This document shows, piece by piece, positions 22,920-33,484 of a DNA stretch of 64,000 bases. The first letter of the stretch is position 1; each line of letters starts with the position of its first letter. The position numbers were made by a program, and so were the translations under genes. The DNA comes from an uncultured Clostridium sp. GTDB lineage: Bacteria > Bacillota > Clostridia > TANB77 > CAG-508. Under the pieces are notes generated by a model, which was not told where the DNA came from, searched no databases, and was given only the letters and a program-made list of their open reading frames with translations. The stretch lies in contig CAMJCT010000007.1 in assembly GCA_946404215.1 (NCBI GenBank), positions 1,990 to 65,989 on the forward strand, read 5' to 3'.

Positions 22920-25900
22920 ATGTATTTAAAAAGATTAGAGTTACAAGGGTTTAAATCATTTGCAGATAAAACTGTACTAGAATTTATGCCAGGAATAACA
23001 AGCGTAATAGGACCAAATGGTTCAGGTAAAAGCAATATAGCTGATAGTATAAGATGGATACTTGGTGAACAAAGTATGAAGTCATTAAGGGGAGCAAAGT
23101 CTTTAGACATAATATTTGCAGGGACACAAAATAGAAAATCTTTAGGATTTGCAGAAGGTTCATTAGTATTTGACAATTCAGATAATACACTACCTATAGA
23201 ATATACAGAAGTTACAATAACTAGAAAAATATATAGGAGTGGAGAAACAGGATATTTTATAAACAAAGTTCCATGCAGACTTAAAGATGTATTAGAGTTA
23301 TTTATGGACACAGGAATTGGAAAAGACGGATATTCTATAATAGGACAAGGAAAAATAGATGAAATATTAAGCAATAAATCAGAAGATAGAAGGCATATTT
23401 TTGAAGAAGCGGCTGGAATTGTAAAATATAGAACAAGGAAGGCAGAAAGCGAAAAGAAACTAGAACACACAAAATTAAATTTATTAAGAATAAATGATAT
23501 TTTATCTGAAATAGAAACAAATATTGAGCCATTAAAAGCACAATCTGAAAAAGCAAAGAAATATTTAAATTTAAGAGAAGAATTAAAAAGCATAGAAATA
23601 GGTTTATTTATTTATAATATAGACAAATATAAATCAGATTTAGAACAAATAGTAAAAGATGAAGAAATCTTTACAAATCAATGTAAAGAAGAAGAAGAAA
23701 AATTAGAGAGAATTAAGAGTTTAAAAGAAGAATTAAAATTAAGAATTGATGAAATAACAACTCAAATAGAAGAAATGTCGAATCTTGGATTTGAAAGTAA
23801 AAAAGAAATAGAGATGTTAAATTCAGATATAAATGTAGCAAATACCAGAATTAACAATAATTTAGAAAACAAAGAAAGATATGAAAAAGAAATAGAGGAA
23901 CAACAAGAAAGACTAGAAGCCTTACAAGAAGAAATAAAGCAAAAACAAGAAAAAAGAGATAACCTTAAACAGAATAAGGAAAAATTTGAAAATGAATTAA
24001 AACAGAAAGAAGAAGAGTTAAACAAAATTACAAAAACCTTATCATCTAAAGAACTTGAAATAGAAGGTTATAAAATAACAGTTGAGCAAAATACTGACAA
24101 AAAATATGAATTACAATCAGAAATAAATGCGAAGGAAATTAATTACAAAAATGATGAAAAAAGACAAAAACAAATAAATACTGAGATAGAAAACAATATT
24201 TCAGAATTGGACAAAGCACGTGTAGATAAAGCTGATATAGAAAAATGTTTTTATGAAATCGACAATAAAAGAAAAAATGTTTTAAACAATTTGTCTGAAA
24301 TAAACAGTAAAAAAGAAGAAGTAGATAGAAAAATTAAAAATTATGAAAACAATATAAATGTATTAACAAGTGAAATGAGAGTTAAAGATTCAAAATTAAA
24401 ATTCTTAATTGAAACAGAAAAAGAAAAAGAAGGTTATATTAAAAGTGTTAAATCACTATTAAAAGATTGCGAATCGATAAAAGAATTAGGAAAAGGTATG
24501 CAAGGGGTGCTTGCAAATATTATTGAGGTACCAGAAAAATACCAAACAGCAATTGAAATGTGTTTAGGAGTAAGTCTTCAAAATATAGTTACAGATAATG
24601 AAGATAATGCAAAAAAATTAGTAGAGCATTTAAGAAAAAATAACTTAGGAAGAGCATCATTTTTACCTATAACATCTGTTAAGGGTAAAAAACTTGATAA
24701 AATAAAGGGAAAAGAAAAAGGTTTTTTAGGTATTGCATCTGACTTAATTAAATATGAGAAAAAATATGAGCAGATTATTTTGAATTTATTAGGTAGAACA
24801 GTGGTTGTAGACAATATGGAAACAGCAATTAAAATAGCAAAGCAAAATGGATATTCATTTAGAATTATTACAATAGAAGGAGATATAATTAATCCTTCAG
24901 GAGCAATTACAGGAGGATCTGTTAGCAAGAAAACTGTAAATATTTTAGGTAGAGGAAAAGAAATTGAACGACTTGAAAATGAGATAAAAGAATTAAAAAA
25001 CAAAATAAGCAAATTGCAAAATGAAAAAGAAGAATATGAAGAATCTATAGGAAGTATATTAGATGAAGCTACATCCTTAGAAAAAGAACTTCAAGAAATA
25101 GATATAACATATGCAACAGAAAAACAAAAATCTATTATTATTAACGAAAACATACAGAAAATAGAAGAAAAGATAAACAAGCTTAAGGAAGAAAACGTTA
25201 GGTTAGAAAAACAAAAAGAAGAAAATGTTTTGAACAAACAAAACATACAAGAAGAAGTTAGTAAGCTAATAGAAGAGACTGATAAGCTAAATAGAATTAT
25301 CTCAGAATTTGCCGAAATGAACAAAGACAATCAGAAATATATAGATAATTTGAATTTTGATATAACAAATCTAAAAATTTCTGTTTCATCATTTGATGAA
25401 AGTGAAACTTCAATAGAGGAAATACAAGAAAGAATTAATTTAGAAATGAATAATACTAAAAAGAGCATTGAAAATAAGCGTGCACAAATAGAACAATTAA
25501 TAGCAGAAAATATCAATTTAGAAAAAACTATTGAAGATACAAAGTTAAATATTGAACAAATAAAGGAAGATGTAAAAAATAGTGGGTCAAAAATAGAAGA
25601 ACTTAAAAAAGACAGAATGACAAAAAATGAAAAATTATCTAAGCAAGAGGAAGAGATAACAAGCAAATTTGGTGTAATTGAAGATTTAAAAGCACAAATT
25701 GTAAAAATAGATGTAAAGAAAAATAAACTAGAAGAAGATATAAATTCTATAATTAATAAAATGTGGGAAGAGTACGAATTAACTCCAAACAATGCACTTG
25801 AATATAAAAAACCGGAAAATGTAGGATTAACTCAAAAGAAAGTACATAGCCTCAGAGCAGATATACGTGACTTAGGAAGCGTAAATATAGATTCAATAGA

Positions 25901-26468
25901 GGAATATAAAGCACTAAAAGAAAGGTATGACTTTATGTGCGAACAAAGAGTAGACTTAGAAGCTACAATGAGTAAGCTAAGAAAGATTATTTCAGAGATG
26001 ACTGCAACAATGAAACAACAGTTTAAAGAGCAGTTTAAGATAATTAATAAAAACTTTGGGGAAGTATTTAAAGAATTATTTGGAGGAGGAAATGCTACTT
26101 TAACGTTAGAAGATGAAGACAATATTTTGGAATGTGGCATAGAAATAACAGTACAACCACCAGGAAAAAAACTACAAAATATGATGCTTCTTTCAGGTGG
26201 AGAAAAAGCTTTTACAGCAATAGCACTATTATTTGCAATTTTGAAAATAAATCCGGCACCTTTCTGCGTATTAGATGAAATTGAAGCGGCTTTGGATGAT
26301 GTTAATGTTTATAGATTTGCCGAATATTTGAAGAAGTTTTCAAGTAATACACAGTTTTTGGTTATTACACATAGAAAGGGAACTATGGAAGCAGCAGATA
26401 CTGTTTATGGCGTAACTATGGAGGAAAGTGGTATTTCTAAGTTGCTTTCAATGAGTTTGAAAAAGTAA
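22920..26468 (+). CDS. smc: Chromosome partition protein Smc
   Basis: 1182 aa. Walker A GPNGSGKSN. Long coiled coils. Hinge region. C-terminal LSGGEK..DE signature. Confidence 0.95.
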   Translation: MYLKRLELQGFKSFADKTVLEFMPGITSVIGPNGSGKSNIADSIRWILGEQSMKSLRGAKSLDIIFAGTQNRKSLGFAEGSLVFDNSDNTLPIEYTEVTITRKIYRSGETGYFINKVPCRLKDVLELFMDTGIGKDGYSIIGQGKIDEILSNKSEDRRHIFEEAAGIVKYRTRKAESEKKLEHTKLNLLRINDILSEIETNIEPLKAQSEKAKKYLNLREELKSIEIGLFIYNIDKYKSDLEQIVKDEEIFTNQCKEEEEKLERIKSLKEELKLRIDEITTQIEEMSNLGFESKKEIEMLNSDINVANTRINNNLENKERYEKEIEEQQERLEALQEEIKQKQEKRDNLKQNKEKFENELKQKEEELNKITKTLSSKELEIEGYKITVEQNTDKKYELQSEINAKEINYKNDEKRQKQINTEIENNISELDKARVDKADIEKCFYEIDNKRKNVLNNLSEINSKKEEVDRKIKNYENNINVLTSEMRVKDSKLKFLIETEKEKEGYIKSVKSLLKDCESIKELGKGMQGVLANIIEVPEKYQTAIEMCLGVSLQNIVTDNEDNAKKLVEHLRKNNLGRASFLPITSVKGKKLDKIKGKEKGFLGIASDLIKYEKKYEQIILNLLGRTVVVDNMETAIKIAKQNGYSFRIITIEGDIINPSGAITGGSVSKKTVNILGRGKEIERLENEIKELKNKISKLQNEKEEYEESIGSILDEATSLEKELQEIDITYATEKQKSIIINENIQKIEEKINKLKEENVRLEKQKEENVLNKQNIQEEVSKLIEETDKLNRIISEFAEMNKDNQKYIDNLNFDITNLKISVSSFDESETSIEEIQERINLEMNNTKKSIENKRAQIEQLIAENINLEKTIEDTKLNIEQIKEDVKNSGSKIEELKKDRMTKNEKLSKQEEEITSKFGVIEDLKAQIVKIDVKKNKLEEDINSIINKMWEEYELTPNNALEYKKPENVGLTQKKVHSLRADIRDLGSVNIDSIEEYKALKERYDFMCEQRVDLEATMSKLRKIISEMTATMKQQFKEQFKIINKNFGEVFKELFGGGNATLTLEDEDNILECGIEITVQPPGKKLQNMMLLSGGEKAFTAIALLFAILKINPAPFCVLDEIEAALDDVNVYRFAEYLKKFSSNTQFLVITHRKGTMEAADTVYGVTMEESGISKLLSMSLKK

Positions 26469-26526
26469 ATTTTTGCAATTCACGGCTAATTTTGCATAGC
26501 TAAAAACTAAATTATATTTATTTTTT

Positions 26527-26646
26527 TCAAAAATACTCGTTCAAGCCTAAGCTGCGTAAGAAATTCACATAAATTTTATGGCGCCCTTCCAAGGACAAGC
26601 CTTGAACGCTTTCCATAAAATTTATTAGAATTTCTAACTTGCTCAT
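26527..26646 (-). other. GC-rich structured intergenic element with nested, crossing inverted repeats. It contains a 39-codon ORF whose codon usage is atypical.
   Basis: CGTTCAAGCC (26539-48) pairs with GCCTTGAACG (about 26599-08). GAAATTCACATAAATTTTATGG (26561-80) pairs with CCATAAAATTTATTAGAATTTC (26615-34). Local GC is far above the surrounding 3' intergenic region. Confidence 0.3.
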
Positions 26647-26728
26647 GTTCAATTCGCCTTTTTTCAAAAAATTAATATAGTTTAGCTTTTAGCATTAAAG
26701 AAAATAGCACAGATTGTAATATGCAATA

Positions 26729-27274
26729 TTAAAAAATAAATTTAGCTATACCAATTGTAATTAATAAAAAACCAGAAATAGTTGACCACATATTACTAGG
26801 AAGAAAACTTAGTTTATTAAGTTTTCTTCCTAAAAAATTGCCTAAATTTAGAAAGATAAACTGAAATGATGCAATAAATATTGGAAAAAGTATGGAATTT
26901 ATTCCAATAAAGCATCCTCCAATACCAATACAAAAACTATCTAATGATAAAGCAAGACCAAGAAATAATGCTTCTTTAGGTTCAATTGAATTGGAATGGT
27001 CAAAATCTGTAGAAACTTGAAAACATATTAATATACCCATAAAAATAAAAATTAAGCTTCCAATTGTATTTGCCAGAACGTCGGTAAAAATGTTTTTTAT
27101 TAAAACCCCGAAATTTATTGATAAAAGGGAAATAACAAATGAAACTAGAAATAGTATTATTTTTCCTATATATGAAATCTTTGTATTTTTTATTCCATAT
27201 GTTATACCAATTCCTAGAGAGTCTATGCTACTTGAAATAGCGAGAAATAAAGTATTAATTAACATAAAAAGCAC
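26729..27274 (-). CDS. mntP: Manganese efflux pump MntP (two DUF204 repeats)
   Basis: 181 aa, all transmembrane, with duplicated halves. Confidence 0.55.
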   Translation of the reverse strand: MLFMLINTLFLAISSSIDSLGIGITYGIKNTKISYIGKIILFLVSFVISLLSINFGVLIKNIFTDVLANTIGSLIFIFMGILICFQVSTDFDHSNSIEPKEALFLGLALSLDSFCIGIGGCFIGINSILFPIFIASFQFIFLNLGNFLGRKLNKLSFLPSNMWSTISGFLLITIGIAKFIF

Positions 27275-27403
27275 CTCTTAAGATATAATATGTCGAAAAA
27301 GCAATTAGAGTTATTTTATGCATAAAAAAGTACAAGCAACATATTATTAAATAGAAAAATTTAGCGATAAATTAAGAGACATATAAACAAAGGAGAGGTT
27401 GAT

Positions 27404-30049
27404 ATGTGGGAAACTTTAAGAAAAGAAGAGGTTTTAAGAAAACTAAAAACAGATAGAAAAAGAGGCTTAAGTACAAAAGAAGTTAATGAAAGACAAGAAA
27501 AATATGGAAAAAACAAAATAAAAGATAAACCAAAAGAATCTATTATAAAAAGATTTATAAAACAATTTAATGATTTTATGATAATTATACTAATAGTTGC
27601 TTCAATTATTTCTGCAATCATTTCATACTTTCAAAGTGAAAATGATTATATAGATTCTATAATAATAATTTTTATTGTTGTTTTAAATGCATTAATGGGT
27701 GTAATACAAGAATCTAAGGCAGAAAAATCAATTGAAGCACTTCAAAACATGACGCCACTAGGAGCAAAAGCTATAAGAAATGGAGAAACAATGGAAATAA
27801 ATGCAGAAGATTTAGTACCAGGAGATATAGTAGTATTAGAAGCTGGAAATTATGTACCAGCAGATTGTAGGATTATTGAAAGTTATAATTTAAAAATTGA
27901 AGAATCAAGTTTAACAGGAGAAACAGAACCTGTATTAAAGGATGCTGAAAAATTATATAAAAATGGAGTACCTCTAGGGGATATGAATAATATGGCATTT
28001 ATGACAAGTATAGTGGTTAGTGGACATGGTAAGTCTATTATTACTGAAACAGGAATGAATACAAAAGTGGGAAAAATTGCTAAAATGATGATTGAAAATA
28101 AGGCACCAGAAACACCTATTCAAAAGAAACTGGGACAAGTAGGGAAAATATTAGGAATAGTATGTTTAGTGATATGTTTAATTATATTTATGATTGGAAT
28201 AATAAAAAATATAGATCCAATAGAAATGTTTATGACATCTGTTGGATTAGCAGTGGCAGCAATTCCAGAAGGATTACCAGCTATTGTTACAATTATGCTT
28301 TCAATTGGAGTTACCAAAATGGCTAGAAAAAATAGTATTATAAGAAAACTACCAGCAGTTGAAACACTAGGAAGTAGTAGCGTTATATGTACAGATAAAA
28401 CAGGGACTTTAACCCAAAATAAAATGAAAGTTGTAGAAATTAATTCGAAACAACCTGAGTTTGCAATAGAACTTGCAACAATGTGCACAGATTGTAACAT
28501 TATAAATAGAAATGGAAGTATAGAAGCAAAAGGAGAGCCAACAGAAGCGGCTATAGTAAATAAGGCAATAGAAAAAGGTAAAAACAAAAATGATTTATAT
28601 TATGAAATGCCAAGGATAAATGAAATACCATTTGATTCTAATAGAAAAATAATGACTACTATTCATAAAATGGGTAATAAATATAGAATAATAACAAAAG
28701 GAGCACCAGATGTTTTGCTAGAAAAATGCAAGATGCAAATCTCAAATAATGAGTCAAACAAAATATTGGAGAAAAATATAATCCAAAAAGAAAATTTAAA
28801 AATGGCAGAAAAAGCACTAAGAGTTATAGCAGTTGGATATAAAGATATAGAAGTAATACCAAATAAAATTGACTCAGGCACAATAGAAAACCAATTGGTC
28901 TTTGTAGGGCTAATAGGTATGATCGACCCACCAAGAGAGGGGGTAAAAGAAGCTGTTAAGACTTGTAAGCATGCAGGCATAAAAACTGTAATGATAACAG
29001 GAGATCATATTGCAACAGCAAAAGCTATAGCAAAAGATATAAACATATTAGGACCAAATGACAAAGCAATGACAGGTAAAGAGCTTGATGAAATACCACA
29101 AAGTAAGTTAGAAAAAGAAATAAAGGATTATTCAGTATTTGCAAGAGTAACTCCAGAACATAAAGTAAGAATAGTAAAAGCATGGCAAAAAACAGGTGCA
29201 GTTGTCGCAATGACAGGAGATGGCGTAAATGATAGTCCTGCTCTAAAAAATGCAGATATAGGTATAGCCATGGGGAAAAATGGCACAGATGTTGCAAAAA
29301 ATGCAGCAGACATGATTTTAACAGATGATAATTTTGTAACAATTGTAGAAGCAGTAAAGCAGGGGAGAAACATATATGATAACACAAAAAAAGCAATACA
29401 TTTTTTAATAGCAACAAATATAGGAGAAATTGTAACAATATTTATGGGATTAATATTAGGAATGAAATCTCCATTACTTGCAATTCAACTATTATGGGTA
29501 AATTTAGTGACAGATTCACTTCCTGCAATTGCAATAGGGTTAGAGCCACCAGAACAAAATATTATGAATAGAAAACCTGTAGATAGTAAAAAAGGAATAT
29601 TCTCAGATGGATTATGGAATAAAATAATTGTAGAGGGAATTATGATAGGGATGCTAACATTAGTTGCATTTAGTATTGGAAACAAATTTTATTCGGTAGA
29701 AATTGGAAGAACAATGGCATTTATTGCAATAGGGCTATTAGAACTTGTCCACAGTTTTAATATAAAAAGTGAACAATCTATATTAAAAATAGGTTTATTA
29801 GAAAATAAATTTTTAATAGGAAGCTTTGTATTAGGAGTGTGTGTGCAAACAATAGTTGTTTTAGTACCAAGTTTAGCAAATATTTTTAAACTTGTACCTT
29901 TAGATAAAACTCAATGGATAATAACTTTGATAATCTCTATTCTTCCTATTCCTATTATGGAAGCACAAAAAAAATTAAATGAATTCAAATTTGGTAGAGT
30001 AATTTATACAAAAAATAGTTATAATTCACAGCAAATAAATATGAAATAG
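27404..30049 (+). CDS. Calcium-translocating P-type ATPase (PMCA/SERCA-type)
   Basis: 881 aa. Phosphorylation motif CTDKTGTLT. TGES-like and GDGVNDSPAL motifs. Ten TM segments. Confidence 0.85.
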   Translation: MWETLRKEEVLRKLKTDRKRGLSTKEVNERQEKYGKNKIKDKPKESIIKRFIKQFNDFMIIILIVASIISAIISYFQSENDYIDSIIIIFIVVLNALMGVIQESKAEKSIEALQNMTPLGAKAIRNGETMEINAEDLVPGDIVVLEAGNYVPADCRIIESYNLKIEESSLTGETEPVLKDAEKLYKNGVPLGDMNNMAFMTSIVVSGHGKSIITETGMNTKVGKIAKMMIENKAPETPIQKKLGQVGKILGIVCLVICLIIFMIGIIKNIDPIEMFMTSVGLAVAAIPEGLPAIVTIMLSIGVTKMARKNSIIRKLPAVETLGSSSVICTDKTGTLTQNKMKVVEINSKQPEFAIELATMCTDCNIINRNGSIEAKGEPTEAAIVNKAIEKGKNKNDLYYEMPRINEIPFDSNRKIMTTIHKMGNKYRIITKGAPDVLLEKCKMQISNNESNKILEKNIIQKENLKMAEKALRVIAVGYKDIEVIPNKIDSGTIENQLVFVGLIGMIDPPREGVKEAVKTCKHAGIKTVMITGDHIATAKAIAKDINILGPNDKAMTGKELDEIPQSKLEKEIKDYSVFARVTPEHKVRIVKAWQKTGAVVAMTGDGVNDSPALKNADIGIAMGKNGTDVAKNAADMILTDDNFVTIVEAVKQGRNIYDNTKKAIHFLIATNIGEIVTIFMGLILGMKSPLLAIQLLWVNLVTDSLPAIAIGLEPPEQNIMNRKPVDSKKGIFSDGLWNKIIVEGIMIGMLTLVAFSIGNKFYSVEIGRTMAFIAIGLLELVHSFNIKSEQSILKIGLLENKFLIGSFVLGVCVQTIVVLVPSLANIFKLVPLDKTQWIITLIISILPIPIMEAQKKLNEFKFGRVIYTKNSYNSQQINMK

Positions 30050-30174
30050 GTACACTGCTCGTTTGATCGCTTACGGAGATTTTCTTTATTTATATATTTA
30101 TCTAGTTATATATGTAGAAGATTATTTAGCAAAAAAAATAGGGATATATATAATAAAAAATTATACAAAAGCAC

Positions 30175-30203
30175 TTGTCAAATAACATAAAATATGGTAA
30201 AAT
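30175..30203 (+). promoter_or_regulatory. SigA promoter (TTGTCA, 17 nt, TAAAAT) of the rpsF-ssb-rpsR operon
   Basis: A consensus-like -35 and -10 with a 17-nt spacer, about 160 nt upstream of rpsF. Confidence 0.45.
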
Positions 30204-30207
30204 AGCT

Positions 30208-30363
30208 ATGCTTTGAAAGAGCACAGCTATTTTTAATAGAATAATTAAATATAATAAAAATTAAGACATAGCAAAAAAATAAATTATTATATAAAAATGT
30301 GTGCTAATTCAAATCTCTACCTACAGAAAATGTAGGTTACAAATCCATAGGGAGGTGAAAATA
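30208..30363 (+). promoter_or_regulatory. Structured rpsF 5' leader, a putative S6:S18 autoregulatory element
   Basis: Hairpins AGCTATGC/GCACAGCT and ACCTACA-GAAAA-TGTAGGT lie immediately before the RBS AGGGAGGTG. Confidence 0.3.
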
Positions 30364-30645
30364 ATGAACAAATACGAAAGTGTTATCATTGTTAATCCAA
30401 ATGTAGATGAAGCTGGTTTAAAAGCTTTAGAAGAAAAATTCACAGGATTAATAAATGAAAATGGAAAAGTAGAATCTGTAGAAAACATGGGAAAGAAAAA
30501 ATTAGCTTATGAAATAAAAAAATTCAGTGAAGCTACATACATGTTATTCAAATTTGAAGCAAAACCAGATTCTATAGCAGAACTTGAAAGAGTATACAGA
30601 ATAACAGACGATATAGTTAAATTTATCGTAGTAAAAAAAGACTAA
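30364..30645 (+). CDS. rpsF: 30S ribosomal protein S6
   Basis: Start chosen at MNKYESVIIVNPN with a strong RBS. The ORF track begins 63 nt earlier with no RBS. Confidence 0.85.
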   Translation: MNKYESVIIVNPNVDEAGLKALEEKFTGLINENGKVESVENMGKKKLAYEIKKFSEATYMLFKFEAKPDSIAELERVYRITDDIVKFIVVKKD

Positions 30646-30713
30646 TAAAATTAGTAAAAAAAATTAAATAAAGTAAGGGCCTTTATTTAGAGTAAAAAGA
30701 AGGGTGATAAAAT

Positions 30714-31142
30714 ATGAACAAAGTAATATTAATGGGTAGATTAACAAGAGACCCAGAAACAAGATATACACAAACAAACAATACCTTAGTTTCTTCTTTC
30801 AGCTTAGCAGTAAATAGAAGATTCGTAAGACAAGGAGAAGAAAGGCAAGCAGATTTCGTAAATATAGTTGCATGGAGCAAATTGGGAGAATTCTGTAGTA
30901 AATACTTTAAGAAAGGTCAACAAGTAGGAGTTATTGGAAGAATTCAAACAAGAACTTGGGATGATGACCAAGGAACAAAACATTATGTAACAGAAGTTGT
31001 TGCAGAAGAAGCATATTTTGCAGATAGCAAAAGAGAATCAGAGGCAGGAACAAGTTCTTTTGAAAATACATTTGGAAATACAGCACCTGGAAGTATGGGG
31101 GCAGATTTTGATGTGTCTTCAAGTGATGACCTACCATTTTAA
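30714..31142 (+). CDS. ssb: Single-stranded DNA-binding protein
   Basis: OB fold ([15 protein letters not shown]..). Gly and Asn-rich tail ending DDLPF. Confidence 0.9.
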   Translation: MNKVILMGRLTRDPETRYTQTNNTLVSSFSLAVNRRFVRQGEERQADFVNIVAWSKLGEFCSKYFKKGQQVGVIGRIQTRTWDDDQGTKHYVTEVVAEEAYFADSKRESEAGTSSFENTFGNTAPGSMGADFDVSSSDDLPF

Positions 31143-31162
31143 TCAAAAGGAGGGGAAATATA

Positions 31163-31444
31163 ATGGCAGATAAAAAACAAAATAAAAGAAATAACAATAA
31201 GAATTATGACGAGGACTATAATCCAAAATTTAGAAAACAAAGAAAAAAAGTATGTGTATTATGCAGTGATAAAAACTTTGAATTAGATTACAAAAATCCA
31301 GAACAGTTAAGAAAATTTATTAATGAAAAAGGTAAAATCTTACCAAGAAGAACAACTGGTGCATGTGCTAAACATCAAAGAGATATAACAATAGCTGTAA
31401 AAAGAGCAAGACATATCGCAGTATTGCCATATGCTCAAAATTAG
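31163..31444 (+). CDS. rpsR: 30S ribosomal protein S18
   Basis: 93 aa. Conserved core ..[23 protein letters not shown]. Confidence 0.9.
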   Translation: MADKKQNKRNNNKNYDEDYNPKFRKQRKKVCVLCSDKNFELDYKNPEQLRKFINEKGKILPRRTTGACAKHQRDITIAVKRARHIAVLPYAQN

Positions 31445-31452
31445 ATATCTTT

Positions 31453-31492
31453 AAGAAAGTAGAATTTTAAAATTCATGCTTTCTTTTTTTTA
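31453..31492 (+). terminator. Rho-independent terminator after rpsR
   Basis: AAGAAAGTAGAATTTT pairs with AAAATTCATGCTTTCTT, followed by T8. Confidence 0.65.
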
Positions 31493-31542
31493 TTCTTTAC
31501 ATTTAAAATACAATATGATATAATTTTTTTTAGAAAAAAGAG

Positions 31543-32493
31543 GTGAATTTGTTGAATCAAATATTGAGTGTAGAGAGATATGATAAAGACAATAATAAAA
31601 AACAAAAAGTAAGGAACACTAATCCAAAAGGACCAATAGAAATAAATAAAGTTGTAAAATTCTTTTCTATAGTAATAATATTATTCGGAATACTTATTGT
31701 AGGAACAGGTTCTTATTCTATGTATAAAAAATCTCAACAAGAAACAGCTAATGTTAAGCCTACAATACATGTAGAAGAAATAGCACAGGCAGCAATATTA
31801 TTGAGAATTAATCATAATAAGCAATTATCTAAAGTAACTTACAAATGGAATAACGGCAGTGATATAGAAATAGAGTGCGAAGGAAAAAAAGAAATATCAC
31901 AGGAAATAGAAATACCAAAGGGAAAAAATGTATTAAGTGTATATGTAAGTGATATTAGTGGGCAAGAAGTAAAATTTGAAAAACAATATAAATTAGATGC
32001 AAATATTAATATAAAATTTGAAAATGAAGGAAAATACACAAAGGTAATAGTAACAGGAGAGGAAGAATTAGCATATTTGACATACAGATGGGATGACCAA
32101 GAAGAAACAAGAGTTGAAATAAACAATACAGAAATAGAACAGAAAATAGAAACACCTATGGGATTACATGAATTAACAGTAATAGTAGTAGATACGAATA
32201 ATCAAACTGTAACAGAAACAAAGAATGTACAAGGTGTAATGAAACCAAATATAGAAGTAACGACAGATGGTTCATCAAACTTTATAGTTAAGGCAACAGA
32301 TGAAAAGGGGCTTAAGAGAATAGAAATTATATTAGATGAAACTAAAAAATACAAATCAGATTTAGATGGACAAAAAGAAGTAGAATATAAAATTCCTATA
32401 AAAGAAGGACAGAATAAAATACAAGTTACAGCATACAATTTAGATGATATATCAGAAGTATCTAAAAAGAAAGTAACAAAGCAAGTACAATAA
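31543..32493 (+). CDS. Membrane-anchored protein with three tandem Ig-like repeats of about 85 aa each; GTG start
   Basis: One N-terminal TM segment. A repeated ..Y(K/R)W(N/D)..E(I/T).. periodicity in the protein. RBS AAAAGAGG. Confidence 0.4.
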   Translation: MNLLNQILSVERYDKDNNKKQKVRNTNPKGPIEINKVVKFFSIVIILFGILIVGTGSYSMYKKSQQETANVKPTIHVEEIAQAAILLRINHNKQLSKVTYKWNNGSDIEIECEGKKEISQEIEIPKGKNVLSVYVSDISGQEVKFEKQYKLDANINIKFENEGKYTKVIVTGEEELAYLTYRWDDQEETRVEINNTEIEQKIETPMGLHELTVIVVDTNNQTVTETKNVQGVMKPNIEVTTDGSSNFIVKATDEKGLKRIEIILDETKKYKSDLDGQKEVEYKIPIKEGQNKIQVTAYNLDDISEVSKKKVTKQVQ

Positions 32494-32562
32494 AATGGTG
32501 CCTCCTATTATATAATTTAGTAGGAGGTTATTTAATATTAAAAAGAAGGAAAGATATTTAGT

Positions 32563-33360
32563 ATGAACATAGATTTATTTAATCTATTAACATATTTCAT
32601 TATATATTCTATTTTAGGATGGATAATGGAATCAACTGTTAGAACAATATGCGAAAAAAAATTAATTAATACAGGTTTTTTAAAAGGACCATGTTGCCCA
32701 ATATATGGAATTGGAGCAATAATAATGTTACTCTTTCTAAGAGAGTTTGAAAATAAACCTATTCCTTTGTTTTTATTGTCAACATCAATATTAACTTTTT
32801 GGGAATACATAGTGGGTGTTTTATTAGAAAAGATGTTTAACACAAAATATTGGGATTACTCAAAGCAGAAATTTAATTTCCAAGGAAGAATTTGCTTGGT
32901 TAATTCTATATGTTGGGGAATACTAGGTTTAATATTTATAAAAATTATACATCCATTTGTACAAGCGATATTATCAAAAGCAGATAAAAATATATTAATA
33001 TATACAATTATTTTATGTACGATTATTTTTGTATTAGATACAATAGTTTCAATAATAAACGTAAAAAATATTAAAACAACATTGAACAAAATAGAAGAAA
33101 TGAATAAAGAAATAAAAGAGAAATTAAAAGAATTGAGAAATCTTAAATTAAAGAAAGAAAAAGAAGTAGAGAAAACAACAATAGAGAATGTACAGAATTT
33201 AGTTAATGAATTAAAAAAGAAAAGAAACAGAACTATTTTACGACTATATAAAAATGTATATCGTCTGAAAAAAGCATTTCCAGATATAAACACTAAAGAA
33301 ATTACTGAAGTATTAAATAAAAAAATAGAGTTAATAAAAAATAGAGAAAAAAATAAATAA
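32563..33360 (+). CDS. Polytopic membrane protein with a C-terminal coiled-coil, Lys and Glu-rich tail
   Basis: Five or six TM segments (..GWIMEST..GPCCPIYGIGAI..). The tail reads KEIKEKLKELRNLKLKKEKE. Confidence 0.35.
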   Translation: MNIDLFNLLTYFIIYSILGWIMESTVRTICEKKLINTGFLKGPCCPIYGIGAIIMLLFLREFENKPIPLFLLSTSILTFWEYIVGVLLEKMFNTKYWDYSKQKFNFQGRICLVNSICWGILGLIFIKIIHPFVQAILSKADKNILIYTIILCTIIFVLDTIVSIINVKNIKTTLNKIEEMNKEIKEKLKELRNLKLKKEKEVEKTTIENVQNLVNELKKKRNRTILRLYKNVYRLKKAFPDINTKEITEVLNKKIELIKNREKNK

Positions 33361-33386
33361 AAGACTTGAAATATTCAAGTCTTTTT
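33361..33386 (+). terminator. Rho-independent terminator
   Basis: AAGACTTGAA-ATAT-TCAAGTCTT followed by TTTT. Confidence 0.7.
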
Positions 33387-33484
33387 GTATATAATGAGTG
33401 AAATAAAGATGCAGCTTAGTAATAATATAGCTTAAAGTTATGACTAAACTGCAGCGAAATAAAAAGAATACGGAGGAAGAGAAA

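Noticed and set aside
27275-27403. yybP-ykoY (Mn2+) riboswitch upstream of mntP
   Set aside because: The region upstream of mntP is AT-rich and unstructured. The GC-rich structured block lies on the 3' side of mntP, not in its leader.
30301-30363. N-terminal extension of rpsF in the ORF track (start 30301)
   Set aside because: There is no RBS. The canonical S6 N-terminus MNKYESV starts at 30364 with an AGGGAGGTG RBS.
33440-33484. Upstream ATG start for the GGDEF gene
   Set aside because: There is no Shine-Dalgarno sequence. The ATG at 33485 is preceded by GGAGGA at the ideal spacing.
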